DNA of 64,000 nucleotides, taken from contig DEIN01000014.1 of the NCBI GenBank assembly GCA_002352465.1, positions 4,429-68,428 on the forward strand, written 5' to 3'. Positions 40,340-50,854 of the stretch are shown in pieces. Made by a program: the position numbers and the translations under genes. Every line of letters starts with the position of its first letter. Position 1 is the stretch's first letter. The notes under the pieces were generated by a model. It was given only the letters and a program-made list of their open reading frames with translations, did no database searches and had not been told where the DNA came from. The stretch comes from Patescibacteria group bacterium UBA2773. GTDB lineage: Bacteria; Patescibacteriota; Minisyncoccia; Moranbacterales; DUUL01.

Positions 40340-41053
40340 ATGAAAGACTATAACTATCTAGCTAGCGAACTTTGCAAACTAGGAATAGATAGAAAAGAAG
40401 CTGATATATATCTGATTTTACTTAAATCAGGCCATTGCAGTGTACAAAAAATTGCCGAGAAAATTGGATTAAGTCGCCCAACCGTTTATCGAGTTTTGAA
40501 AAATCTACAAAAAAAGAATTTAATAAATACAGTCCAAGAAGGCAAAAGAAATTATTTTATTGCTGGCTCTCCCGACACTCTTTTGAATTTACTTCAAATA
40601 AGAAAAAGACAAGCCGAAGAACAAGAACGTGAATTTTTAAGAATCATCAACACCTTGCAAGACCAATATAGCTTTTCTTCTAAAGAAAATTCCATCGAAA
40701 CTTTCGCTGACAAAAAAAGACTTTTAGCTTTAGACAAGCTTTCCAATAGCTCTACTCAAAAAATTTGTATCTTTTCAACTCACTCAGACGAAAAACTCAA
40801 TCAAATTTTTTCTGATATTCAAAAAAAATTAGGATTTTCTTTTCAAATCAAACAACTTCATTCTTTTGAAATCAATAAAAAATCCCCTCAATACATTGAA
40901 AATAAATTTTTCGAAAATGATATCGCCGATCAAAACATTATAATTTCTGATAAAGTTTTTATTTTTGAAAAAAATACCATTCATATCGTCAAACAAAAAA
41001 AAGTTATCCAATCCTACCGATTGATGTTTGATTCTCTTTGGAAAAATTTATAA
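40340..41053 (+). CDS. TrmB-family transcriptional regulator
   Basis: LGIDRKEADIYLILL...IAEKIGLSRPTVYRVLKNLQKKNLI winged HTH. Confidence 0.85.
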   Translation: MKDYNYLASELCKLGIDRKEADIYLILLKSGHCSVQKIAEKIGLSRPTVYRVLKNLQKKNLINTVQEGKRNYFIAGSPDTLLNLLQIRKRQAEEQEREFLRIINTLQDQYSFSSKENSIETFADKKRLLALDKLSNSSTQKICIFSTHSDEKLNQIFSDIQKKLGFSFQIKQLHSFEINKKSPQYIENKFFENDIADQNIIISDKVFIFEKNTIHIVKQKKVIQSYRLMFDSLWKNL

Positions 41054-41058
41054 ATACT

Positions 41059-41089
41059 AAAAAAATCGCCCTTGAGAGGCGATTTTTTT
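41059..41089. terminator. Bidirectional terminator
   Basis: aaaaaaatcgcc/ggcgattttttt between convergent genes. Confidence 0.8.
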
Positions 41090-41105
41090 ATTTTGAATAT
41101 CTTTT

Positions 41106-41933
41106 TTATTCAATGACTTTAATTTTGTATTTAACTCCATGCATTACTCCAGGAACAGTAATTTCACCATCTTCATTAGTTATTACTTCTCCAGCAAAAG
41201 TCTTAACTTTTTCTGGTCCTAAATAGGCCCATAGATGAACTTTAGTGGCCTCTTCAATTTCTTCGCCTTTTTCTGTTAACACTGTTGCTTTCAAAATAAA
41301 TGGAAGTGCTACGTCTCGATCACCTGATTTATATTTAAATTTATATTTTCCAGGCAAAACATTAATAACTTCTAACACCTGATTTTCATCAGTTCTTCCA
41401 TAGAAAGATGAAAACCAATCACTATCATCGATTTTGGCTTTACATTTAATTCTAGTTTTACCCTCTTTTTTGCTAACACTTGAATCATCATTGTCGCTCA
41501 ACTCAAACTTATATTCAACATCAGCACTCAACCCAGCTTTTTTCAACCAACCATCCTCGTCAGTTTGGACTGTTCCAATAGCAGTTTTAACCCCCGCCGC
41601 AGTGTTGTAAAACAAATCAACGTTGGTTTTTTCCTTTAATCTTCTGCCATCCAAATCTAACATTCTGGCCTCAACAGCCACGGTCTGACTAGAATGAGTA
41701 TCATCATCATTTATTTTAAGCTTATACCAACCTGGCAACACATTTTTAATTTTCAGAACTCCATCATCATTAGTATCCATAGTCAAAGACCGAAACCAAT
41801 CATTTCCTTGCTCTGAATAAAATTTAACTCTGGTGTCATCAGCATTAGTCCCTGAAAGTGCTTGAGAAGCCAAAGGCACAATCAAAAATCCTCCGATTAC
41901 TAAAACCGTCATTTTAAAAACATTTTGTTTCAT
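41106..41933 (-). CDS. Secreted protein with duplicated beta-sandwich-like repeats
   Basis: Signal peptide; DWF...T.....L...NVLPG.YK occurs twice. Confidence 0.7.
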   Translation of the reverse strand: MKQNVFKMTVLVIGGFLIVPLASQALSGTNADDTRVKFYSEQGNDWFRSLTMDTNDDGVLKIKNVLPGWYKLKINDDDTHSSQTVAVEARMLDLDGRRLKEKTNVDLFYNTAAGVKTAIGTVQTDEDGWLKKAGLSADVEYKFELSDNDDSSVSKKEGKTRIKCKAKIDDSDWFSSFYGRTDENQVLEVINVLPGKYKFKYKSGDRDVALPFILKATVLTEKGEEIEEATKVHLWAYLGPEKVKTFAGEVITNEDGEITVPGVMHGVKYKIKVIE

Positions 41934-41976
41934 ATTTATTTTTTATTTTTTAATCCTCCTAATTTTTAAAGCTTCT

Positions 41977-42918
41977 TCAAATTCTAATTATAAAATCTTC
42001 CAAAGCTTCCTTGATATTAATTCTCCCAGATTTAGAATTTATGTCAAGTGAAGATGCTTTTTTATAAATTTTTTTGATTTGACCAACATCGAAACGCCCC
42101 AATTGAGACAAGGTTTTTTGAGCCACATAAGGGTGCAAACCAGTTTTTTGAGCTATTCCTTGAGGGCTAAAAATTCCTTTTTCTTTCTGACTAGAAACCA
42201 AAGCCAAATTTCTTATCTGAAAAATCATCATTGATAAAATATAGAAACAATCAGCGCCTTGACTAATCAAAGAATTTAAAAGATTAAAAGCCACTTTTTT
42301 ATTTTGGTTTCCAATAGCATCCACCAAATCGAAAATCTTTACTGTTATTTTACCCGAGCACATTTCATCGACATCTTTTTCAACGATGACTTCCCCTGAT
42401 TTAAAATTGACAAGCTTTTCTAATTCTCGATCCAATGCCCAAAGATTTTCACCCAAAATCATTCTCAATTTTCGAACCGCTCCTGGCTCAATTTCTGCCA
42501 ATCCTTTCAATTTATCTAAAATAAATTTCTCAATTTCCAACCCAGTTATTTTTTTAAATTCAGTCAACTCCCCCTTTCTTTTAAGATAATTTAATAATTT
42601 ATTAGCTCGAGGTTTTCCTCGCCAAGTAATAAACACTAAAATATCGACCGAAAAACTAAACTTATTTTTAAAAAAATCTAAAATCCGCTCCTGCTCTCCA
42701 GCACTATATTCAAAAATATCTTGTAAGATAACCATTTTTTTTTGAGCGAACAATCCTCCACCCTGACTCAAAGAACGAAAAAAATCTTCGACCAAGCTTT
42801 CGCCACCGTCAAAGATTTCCACCAGAGTTTGAGGATTTTTTTCTGTAAAATCTTTTTTTAGCGTCTGGATTGACTGATGAACTAAAAAATCTTCTTCCCC
42901 ATAAAATACTCTTAACAA
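41977..42918 (-). CDS. holA: DNA polymerase III delta subunit
   Basis: YGEEDFL, LFAQKKMVI, ELEKL, IFDLVDAI and HPYV. Confidence 0.9.
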   Translation of the reverse strand: MLRVFYGEEDFLVHQSIQTLKKDFTEKNPQTLVEIFDGGESLVEDFFRSLSQGGGLFAQKKMVILQDIFEYSAGEQERILDFFKNKFSFSVDILVFITWRGKPRANKLLNYLKRKGELTEFKKITGLEIEKFILDKLKGLAEIEPGAVRKLRMILGENLWALDRELEKLVNFKSGEVIVEKDVDEMCSGKITVKIFDLVDAIGNQNKKVAFNLLNSLISQGADCFYILSMMIFQIRNLALVSSQKEKGIFSPQGIAQKTGLHPYVAQKTLSQLGRFDVGQIKKIYKKASSLDINSKSGRINIKEALEDFIIRI

Positions 42919-42944
42919 AGTTTTTATTTATTATTTAGATGCTC

Positions 42945-44156
42945 TCAATTGACCAAATCCTCGGCATAAGAAACGCCCGGATCCCAATCAACTTTCATAT
43001 TTGGATAAACCACATTTATCCAAATTTGACCAGTCACAAATTTAATATTCATTCCATTGGCATCAGTCAAAATTAATTTTGAATCCATCTTTAATTTATC
43101 TTTATTCCATCGGCCTTGAATTTTTTCACCGTTCATAAAAAAATAGGCTTCGCCAGAATCGATGCTGTCATACCAAGGATCACCTAATTCCATATTATTA
43201 TAATGAGGATCTTCTTCAGCTGGTTCATCTTTAGCCAACAAAACCACCACGTTTTTAGGGGTAATCAAATTACCATTATTTCGATCAGTTTGTTTTTCGC
43301 CTCCCCAATATCTAATATATGAATTGGTGGTCTTATCGTAATCATAATTAACAAGCTGACCATCATTATCGTAATAACCTATTTCCAAGGTTCCCTTTTC
43401 AATTCTTTTTTCTTCTGATAAATCTGCTTGATGAGCATAACCTTCAAAATTACTAGTCATTCTATAACCAGCCTTATCAGCCTCTTCTAATAAGGTGTTA
43501 AATTTAACATAAGCACTATCTAAATGACTTAAATCGGGTGCATCTTGTTTTCGAAAACAACTGCTAGCGATCGAATATCCTGCATCTCCATTACAATTCA
43601 AATTGTCAATCACTCCATTATCTAAATTTTCGATAAAAGAATCCAATTGAGCTCGTCCCCAATGAGCAAAAATTGCATCGAAGCCTTTGGCTAAATGAAC
43701 AAAATCAGGGCGAGCACTTCTAATTGACCCAATTTCTTCTGGATTTCCACAAATATAAACGCCCATTAGCCTGGTTTTGCTAGTAGTCAAGACCGGCATC
43801 TCCACTACCATATCTGCATCAAAAAAACCTGCCAAAGGCCTAGTTGATAAATCAGATGGTTGCATCACTGCAATTGGTCTTCGATTCCAATTCTCGCAAG
43901 CCAAACCAGAAATCGGACTAACATCTCCTTGGTTGATCGCTTCTTGCTTAACATTTCCTGGGTCAATTTCAATCAATTCTCCTTGACGAGAACTTTGGTC
44001 ACCCACTGCCCACCAAGCAACTCCAGTAATAAAAATAATAACAACGAAAAAAGCCACCCATTTCTTCCAAAGAAAATCGTGCCCTTTCACTGGTTTTTGA
44101 CCTAAGTCAGGCTGACCAGCAAATTGTTTGTTATAATCGTTTGGATCAATATTCAT
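42945..44156 (-). CDS. DUF3048 (YerB-like) membrane-anchored protein
   Basis: SPISGL, RPIAVM, ADMVVE, IGSIRSAR, KNVVV and GQIWI. Confidence 0.85.
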   Translation of the reverse strand: MNIDPNDYNKQFAGQPDLGQKPVKGHDFLWKKWVAFFVVIIFITGVAWWAVGDQSSRQGELIEIDPGNVKQEAINQGDVSPISGLACENWNRRPIAVMQPSDLSTRPLAGFFDADMVVEMPVLTTSKTRLMGVYICGNPEEIGSIRSARPDFVHLAKGFDAIFAHWGRAQLDSFIENLDNGVIDNLNCNGDAGYSIASSCFRKQDAPDLSHLDSAYVKFNTLLEEADKAGYRMTSNFEGYAHQADLSEEKRIEKGTLEIGYYDNDGQLVNYDYDKTTNSYIRYWGGEKQTDRNNGNLITPKNVVVLLAKDEPAEEDPHYNNMELGDPWYDSIDSGEAYFFMNGEKIQGRWNKDKLKMDSKLILTDANGMNIKFVTGQIWINVVYPNMKVDWDPGVSYAEDLVN

Positions 44157-44379
44157 ATTTGTTTTTAAGAATTATTAAAATAACTTTTTGATATCTACTT
44201 GCAATTTACTAGATAAGCAATCCTTGATGTCTTAGTCCAATGTTCAGCGTTATCGGACCTCAGTCATCAGCCAACAGCCAACCATCGTTAATAACTGATT
44301 GCCGATTACTGATTGCTGATGACTCATTTTATAAAAAAATACATCAAAAATAGGAAAAATAAATTAAAAAAATTTTAAG

Positions 44380-45237
44380 CTATTTTTGACAAGAAGAACA
44401 CCAAAAAGTGCTTCTTTGAGCAATTTTTATCCTTTCTATCGTGCCATCACAATTAAAACACTTCTGACCTTTTTTATTATACACTTTTAAAACTTTTTGA
44501 AAACCCCCCGGCGCCCCACTCGAATCACGATAATCACTATCAGTTGTCCCTCGCAATTTAATCGCTTTTTTCAAGATTTTGATGATTGCTTGATACAATT
44601 TTTCAAGCTCTTTTTTCTTCAAACTTCCAGCTGTTCGTCTGGGATCAATTCGAGATTCAAACAAAGCCTCCGAGGCATAGATATTTCCGATACCAACAAT
44701 CAAAGCCTGATCCATAATCAGAACTTTAATATTCTTGCTTTTTTTATTACGAGTTAACTGCCAAAAATATTTCAAATCAAAATATTTTTCTAATGGCTCA
44801 ACTCCAAGCTTTACCAAGTCCTCATTAACCTCTAACTTGTCCTTGACTATTAACTGAATTTTTCCGAACTTTCTCAAATCAGAAAATTCCAACTGAGCTT
44901 TCTTCTCGTCTCGCTCCAAAAACCAAATATGCCGAATATATTGATTAATTCGTTCTTTAAAATATTTACTATTTTTTGAAACTTCGTCTTTAAACAAAAG
45001 ATGACCAGTCATTTTCAAGTGAACCAACATCACCCAATTATTACTCAAAAAAATCAAAATATTTTTCCCACGTCTTTCAACTTTTTCAACTACCTGACCA
45101 CTAATTTCTTTTTTAAAAATTTTCAACGACAATTTAACCGACTTCTCCCAGTCAGTCCAAAAATCAACGATTTTATAACCAATAATTTTTTCTCTCAAAT
45201 CTCGCACGACTGTCTCAACCTCTGGTAATTCTGGCAT
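44380..45237 (-). CDS. mutM: Formamidopyrimidine-DNA glycosylase
   Basis: Starts MPELPEVET (ATG 45237); RRGK, HLKMTG, GIGNIYASE and a C-terminal zinc finger. Confidence 0.96.
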   Translation of the reverse strand: MPELPEVETVVRDLREKIIGYKIVDFWTDWEKSVKLSLKIFKKEISGQVVEKVERRGKNILIFLSNNWVMLVHLKMTGHLLFKDEVSKNSKYFKERINQYIRHIWFLERDEKKAQLEFSDLRKFGKIQLIVKDKLEVNEDLVKLGVEPLEKYFDLKYFWQLTRNKKSKNIKVLIMDQALIVGIGNIYASEALFESRIDPRRTAGSLKKKELEKLYQAIIKILKKAIKLRGTTDSDYRDSSGAPGGFQKVLKVYNKKGQKCFNCDGTIERIKIAQRSTFWCSSCQK

Positions 45238-45309
45238 AAATTTAGTTAAAAGATTAAAAAGTTCGTAAAATCTAAAGCAAAAAGGCATCTTCGTGCCTCA
45301 TTAAATATT

Positions 45310-46446
45310 TTATTTGAATACACTGATAACTTCTAAAACCGCTCCCAAGACAAAAGCTAAAGCTAAAATTATCGCCAAATTTTTACTTAAATTATTTTTC
45401 AAAAGTATTATCCGCTTTTTCTTTCGTTTAACTTTAAAATAAACTCCAATTAAAATTATACCATACAGCCCCCCAGTAATTGCCCCCGTCAATCCAATCA
45501 CCCCAGTCAAATCTCTTATTCCCCCCAAATACAAAATGAACGGAACACTACTAGCCAGAAACCAAGCTACATTTTTATTAATTCCTTGATCCCACCAATA
45601 AACTTCTCGAAGCGATTGCGAAATAATAATATAAGATGTGACGACTGCTAGCAACCCAAAAATCAAAACGGAATTGACGATTCGACTGTCTAAACGAGAA
45701 CTCAACCCCACTAAAACATCTGGACTAGTATTTACACCTGTCACCCCAATCATTAAAAAAGCAAAAAAGGCGATCAAAGCCACCGGCAAAATAGTGCCCC
45801 AAATAAGGGCACTTCGAATTTTTCTTTTTTTATTTTTCAAAAGACGACAAATTTCTGGGATAGCCGCTTGTCCCCCAATTGCAAAAAAAACCACCCCATA
45901 AGGCAATAACAAATTCTTGAAATTTAATAATTCATAATTATCAATATTCCAATAACCGATACTTCTCCAACTCAATCCACCAATTGCCAGAACCAACAAA
46001 ATCGTCAAAAAAACTTCTGCTTTAGCAATTAGCTTTAAACCAAAAATAACGACAATAGTTTCAACAATAAATAATAAAACCGTATATAAAAATTCCGTTC
46101 CGCCCAACAAAGGACTCAAAAGTTGATGCAAAAAAATTCCGCCCAAAATAATATAAGCCAATAAAGTTCCGTGTTTCCCCAAAAGCGCAATAAAAAAAGC
46201 AACCCTCTTTAGAAAACCATTGTAATAAATTCCAACATATCCAACCATTCGATGATTTCTGGAATTAGATAAAATAATTTCCGCATAAATTAAGTGCAAA
46301 GTCAATTGAATGCTAAATAAAATCGGAAAATAAATTAGAATCGACAAAATTCCCGCTTTTTGAATAGCATAAGGCACCGCAAAAATCCCAGCACCCAAGA
46401 CCGTTCCCACTAAAAGTGCCACTGCCTTAAAATAATTCTTACTCAT
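45310..46446 (-). CDS. Aromatic amino acid permease family transporter
   Basis: GTVLGAGIFAVPY; about 11 TM helices. Confidence 0.85.
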   Translation of the reverse strand: MSKNYFKAVALLVGTVLGAGIFAVPYAIQKAGILSILIYFPILFSIQLTLHLIYAEIILSNSRNHRMVGYVGIYYNGFLKRVAFFIALLGKHGTLLAYIILGGIFLHQLLSPLLGGTEFLYTVLLFIVETIVVIFGLKLIAKAEVFLTILLVLAIGGLSWRSIGYWNIDNYELLNFKNLLLPYGVVFFAIGGQAAIPEICRLLKNKKRKIRSALIWGTILPVALIAFFAFLMIGVTGVNTSPDVLVGLSSRLDSRIVNSVLIFGLLAVVTSYIIISQSLREVYWWDQGINKNVAWFLASSVPFILYLGGIRDLTGVIGLTGAITGGLYGIILIGVYFKVKRKKKRIILLKNNLSKNLAIILALAFVLGAVLEVISVFK

Positions 46447-46660
46447 CTTTTGTTCTTTATTCCAAAAATAAAATACTTTCTCTCAATTATAATTTTAAAA
46501 AATACTTTGTTTGATTTAATATCAATTTTTAATTTTTAATTTTTAAACTTCGCGTACAAGATATTTAGAATTTAAAAATTAAAGTTTACCTGCCTGCTAA
46601 CAGACAAGGTTCATGAAATTAAAAAATTATCATACTGTATACTAGATACTAAATACTTTT

Positions 46661-49354
46661 TTAAAGTTTTCCCCAATTCTCCCCCACCGAAACCTCCACT
46701 TTCAAAGGAACTTTCAATTGATAAGCTTGCTCCATTGCTTCTTTAATTTCAACCGAAAATTTATCTACTAACTTTTCTTCAACCTCAAAAATCAATTCAT
46801 CATGAATTTGAAGAATCATTTTAACTTCTTCTTTTTCATAATTGACTAAAATCTTTTTCTCGACATTAATCATCGATTTTTTCATAATATCAGCCGCCAA
46901 TCCTTGAATAGGTAAATTGATTGCAATTCTTTCAGCTGCATTTTTAACTTGAAAATTACTAGAATTAATTCCTGCCACATATCGTCTCCGTCCCATTTCA
47001 GTTTCTACGTAACCATGTTCAACTGCATATTCTTTAGTTTTTTCTAAATATTTTTTCAAAACATTGAAATTTTTCATATACTGCTCAATAAAAAATTCAG
47101 CTCGTTCTTTTGAAACTCCACTATCTTGCATGAAACCATAAGTTCCCATCCCATACAAAACTCCAAAATTTAAAGATTTAGCTTCTTTTCGTTGTTCTTT
47201 CGTCACCTGCACCAGTTCAATTCCATTTACCCAAGCCGCTGTAGCCTGATGAATATCTCTATCATTTTCAAAAACTTCAATCATTCTTGGATCACTCGAA
47301 ACGTGAGCAGCTACTCGCAAATCAATTTGAGAATAATCCACCGCTACTAATTTTTTACCCTCATCAGCTACAAAGGATTTTCTAATCATCTGGGCCAATT
47401 CTCCTTTCCGAGGAATATTTTGCAAATTCGGCTCCGATGAAGACAGCCTTCCTGTCGCTGTAATAGTCTGATTAAAAGTAGTATGTATTCGATTGTCATC
47501 GCTAATCATTTTAGGCAAAGCATCAGCATAAGTTGTTTTTAATTTAAAAATCTCTCGATATTTTTCAACCTTAGCAATAATCAGATGTTTGTCTTTAATT
47601 TTATTTAATTGATCAGCATTAGTAGAAAATCCAGTTTTTCCTTTCTTGATTCCCACTGTTGAAATTCCCAATTTTTCATATAGAATCTTAGCCAACTGAC
47701 TCGGCGAATTAATATTAAATTCTTCTCCAGACAATTCAAAAATTTCTTGTTCTAACTTTTTAACTTTTTTATCAGTTATTTGAGAAACTTCTTCAAAAAT
47801 TTTCCTATCCACCCCCATTCCCCAAAATTCCATTTTAGCTAAAATTTTCATCAAAGGATTTTCTAACTGATTCAAAAGTTTTTTAAAGTTGCCTGCTTTT
47901 TTTTCAAGTTGTTTTCTACTAATCAAGTCAATCTTAATTTCATATTCTTTCTGTAATTTATAGATCCAAATCGCTTGTTCTAACAATTCTTTCTCCTCTA
48001 ATTCAGAAGTATCTACCAATAAACTGGCTTGACCGCTTTTGGTCGTTTTGTGTTTTAACTCTTCCCCAAATTCTTCAAAAATTATTTTCTCTAATTCATT
48101 TTTTGCTCCAGTATTTATCAGATAACTGGCCAGTTGAACATCAAAAAAATTATTCAAAAAATCTGTTTTATTGGTTTGAGCTTTTTTAACAAAATAGTTC
48201 AAACTGCTTTTAATGTCATACCCAATTTTTAAAATTTCAGAATTTTCAAAAATTTTGCCCATTTTTTTTGCCCATTTTTCATCCAAAAAATATTTTTCAA
48301 ATTTATTACCGATCTTCAAAGCCAATCCAATTTTTTCAAGTTCTTTACTTTCTTTTTTGTTTTTAAAAGCAACAGCGATTTTTTTGGCTTTCAAAATCAC
48401 CTCAAACATTTCTTCCCAATCATTTTTATTTTTAATATTTTTGTAATTTTCCATTTTAAATGATTTTTGACTTTGAAAATTATCTCCATTAAAAAATCTT
48501 TTTAATAAAGATTTAAACTCCAAATCAACCAAAAATTGACGAAATTTTTTATTATTATTAAAATCTTTTTTCAAGCAACTTTCCAAATCAAAATCAATTT
48601 TCATATCTTGCTTAATTTCTGCCAATTCTTGACTTAAAAAAGCTCTGTTTTTATCGTTTTCTAATTTCTTCTTAACCGCCTTAGATTTAATTTTATCTAA
48701 ATTTTCATAAAGGTTTTCCAAGGTTCCAAAATCCAAAATTAAATCAGTCGCCGTTTTATCTCCCACTCCAGCCACTCCTGGAATATTGTCACTAGGATCT
48801 CCTCGCAAAGCCTTATAATCAACCACTTGACTAGGATTAATTTTGTATTTTTCAATCACCTTCTCCTCATCAAAAATCACGGCGTCATTAATTCCTCGCC
48901 CCAAAGTAAAAATTTTAGTATTATCGTTGACTAATTGTAAGGTATCCTTATCTCCTGTCACAATATATTTTTCAATCTCACTATTGCTATTCAAAGCCTT
49001 AGAAATACTGCCAATCACATCATCAGCCTCAAACCCTTCGGCTTGATAAACTGGAATATCACAAGATTTCAAAAATTGTCGCACTAAAGGAATTTGAGCA
49101 TACAAATCATCCGGCGCCTTTTTTCGATTAGCCTTGTATTCAAAATATAAATTATGCCGAAAAGTTTTCTTAGGTAAATCGAAAGTTGCCACAATATAAT
49201 CTGGTTTAACTTGCTCCACTGCATTATTTAAAGTCGTGATATAACCATAAACCGCGTTAACCAAAACTCCCTTTTTAGTCGTAAACGGAGGCAAAGCGTG
49301 ATAAGCCCGATGAATTAAAGCGTTGGAATCAATTATTAAAATTTTTTTAGGCAT
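46661..49354 (-). CDS. polA: DNA polymerase I
   Basis: 5'-3' exonuclease domain (RAYHALP, EADDVIG, GDPSDNIPGV); TGRLSSSEPNLQNIP, DYSQIDLR and QIHDEL. Confidence 0.97.
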   Translation of the reverse strand: MPKKILIIDSNALIHRAYHALPPFTTKKGVLVNAVYGYITTLNNAVEQVKPDYIVATFDLPKKTFRHNLYFEYKANRKKAPDDLYAQIPLVRQFLKSCDIPVYQAEGFEADDVIGSISKALNSNSEIEKYIVTGDKDTLQLVNDNTKIFTLGRGINDAVIFDEEKVIEKYKINPSQVVDYKALRGDPSDNIPGVAGVGDKTATDLILDFGTLENLYENLDKIKSKAVKKKLENDKNRAFLSQELAEIKQDMKIDFDLESCLKKDFNNNKKFRQFLVDLEFKSLLKRFFNGDNFQSQKSFKMENYKNIKNKNDWEEMFEVILKAKKIAVAFKNKKESKELEKIGLALKIGNKFEKYFLDEKWAKKMGKIFENSEILKIGYDIKSSLNYFVKKAQTNKTDFLNNFFDVQLASYLINTGAKNELEKIIFEEFGEELKHKTTKSGQASLLVDTSELEEKELLEQAIWIYKLQKEYEIKIDLISRKQLEKKAGNFKKLLNQLENPLMKILAKMEFWGMGVDRKIFEEVSQITDKKVKKLEQEIFELSGEEFNINSPSQLAKILYEKLGISTVGIKKGKTGFSTNADQLNKIKDKHLIIAKVEKYREIFKLKTTYADALPKMISDDNRIHTTFNQTITATGRLSSSEPNLQNIPRKGELAQMIRKSFVADEGKKLVAVDYSQIDLRVAAHVSSDPRMIEVFENDRDIHQATAAWVNGIELVQVTKEQRKEAKSLNFGVLYGMGTYGFMQDSGVSKERAEFFIEQYMKNFNVLKKYLEKTKEYAVEHGYVETEMGRRRYVAGINSSNFQVKNAAERIAINLPIQGLAADIMKKSMINVEKKILVNYEKEEVKMILQIHDELIFEVEEKLVDKFSVEIKEAMEQAYQLKVPLKVEVSVGENWGKL

Positions 49355-49571
49355 AATTTAAAATAGTTGTTTACCCTCAACAACATTCTACTATAATAAG
49401 AACACTTTTAGAAGATAAAAAAGTAAAAAAATAATTTATAACTTACATTAAATTTTCAATTACTTAATTTTCAATTTTTGAACCTTAAGCAAGCTTTGCT
49501 TGTTATTATAAATTTTTAAATTAAAAATTTATTGTAAATTATAAATTGGTTTATTGTAAATTGTAAATTAT

Positions 49572-50741
49572 TTAATAGTGGATTACTATCGGGGTTCCTG
49601 TTTCTGAAAATTCATAGACCTTCTTTGCCGGTCCCACTCCCAACCTCACGCACCCATGTGAAACTGGAATTCCCAAGTGATTTGCACCTTCTTTATAGCC
49701 TCCAGGCCATTCTGGAAGCTCATGAATTCCATGACCCTTGCTAGTAAATTGCATAAACCATGGCATATACAAACCATATTTTTCTGACCAAGGTCTCCGA
49801 GCCTTCGCCATAATTTTAAACTCTCCCGTTGGAGTATTCATTCCTCTTATACCAGTCGAAACCTTATAAGCTCCTAATTCCTTCCCATCTTCAAAAATAT
49901 ATAGATTCTGTTCCGCCAAATTAATATCAATATATCGACCAACTGCTATTCGAGAATCGGCTAAACTTAATCGTTTTTCAGTTCTAGTTGGCACACCTGC
50001 ACTATTCCAACCATAGATGACTATTGGCGACTTTTTGGTTCTAAAAAATGTTTTAACAATTTCTTGACTAAAATCTGAATAATTTCGACTTCTTATCTCA
50101 ACTGTTAATTTGTATTCAGTGTCAAAATCCAAATCGTTAATCGGCTTAATAATTAATTTATTTTCTTCATCCGTTTCAATGCTTTCAAATTCAAAAATTG
50201 GTTCAGTTTTTATTTTCAAATAATATTGACTAGCCAAAGATTCTTTAAATTCAAATATAATTTCTTCTCGAAGTTCCTTATTAATTTCGCCCTTAACTGG
50301 ATAAATATTTTTAACTTCAGGCAAAAAATCGGTCGAAAAAACTTTTTCTCCAGCTTCATTTAATATTCCCCATTTACTTTTGAAACTTTTTATTTTTAAT
50401 TTATAATTTAAATTCGGAACCAAATCATCCATTACAAACAACTGTAATTGATGGTTATTAATCCAATTACTTTTGAAATTAAGTTTTGGTTCAATCGTTA
50501 AATTCTCCATTACACTTCTCTCTTGAACTGGTCCACTAAAAGAAACCACGATTTGATCACCTTTGATAATCTGATTAGGTTCTTTAATTGTTCGAAGTTG
50601 ACCAAAAAATTTAAAATCTAACTCGACTTTTTTTTCTTTCCAAAAAGTAATTCCAAAAATAGCGCCTACTAAAAAAAACAAAATTGTTATTAACAAAATA
50701 GTTGTTCTATCAAATAATTTTTTATTTCTTCTTCCGACCAT
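49572..50741 (-). CDS. L,D-transpeptidase with Ig-like domains
   Basis: TM anchor; YkuD motif HGIHE...SHGCVRL. Confidence 0.92.
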   Translation of the reverse strand: MVGRRNKKLFDRTTILLITILFFLVGAIFGITFWKEKKVELDFKFFGQLRTIKEPNQIIKGDQIVVSFSGPVQERSVMENLTIEPKLNFKSNWINNHQLQLFVMDDLVPNLNYKLKIKSFKSKWGILNEAGEKVFSTDFLPEVKNIYPVKGEINKELREEIIFEFKESLASQYYLKIKTEPIFEFESIETDEENKLIIKPINDLDFDTEYKLTVEIRSRNYSDFSQEIVKTFFRTKKSPIVIYGWNSAGVPTRTEKRLSLADSRIAVGRYIDINLAEQNLYIFEDGKELGAYKVSTGIRGMNTPTGEFKIMAKARRPWSEKYGLYMPWFMQFTSKGHGIHELPEWPGGYKEGANHLGIPVSHGCVRLGVGPAKKVYEFSETGTPIVIHY

Positions 50742-50854
50742 TTTTCTTTATTTTAAAAAATTTTCAACGTCTCTCACCATCACACACTAAAAATATTATA
50801 GCACTATTTTTTCTACCATTCACTGAAGAATAGTAGAATTTAAAAGTTCGGAGT

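Noticed and set aside
44215-44330. tRNA or other ncRNA in a GC-richer intergenic stretch
   Set aside because: No cloverleaf or T-loop; explained by an inverted heptamer-repeat hairpin.
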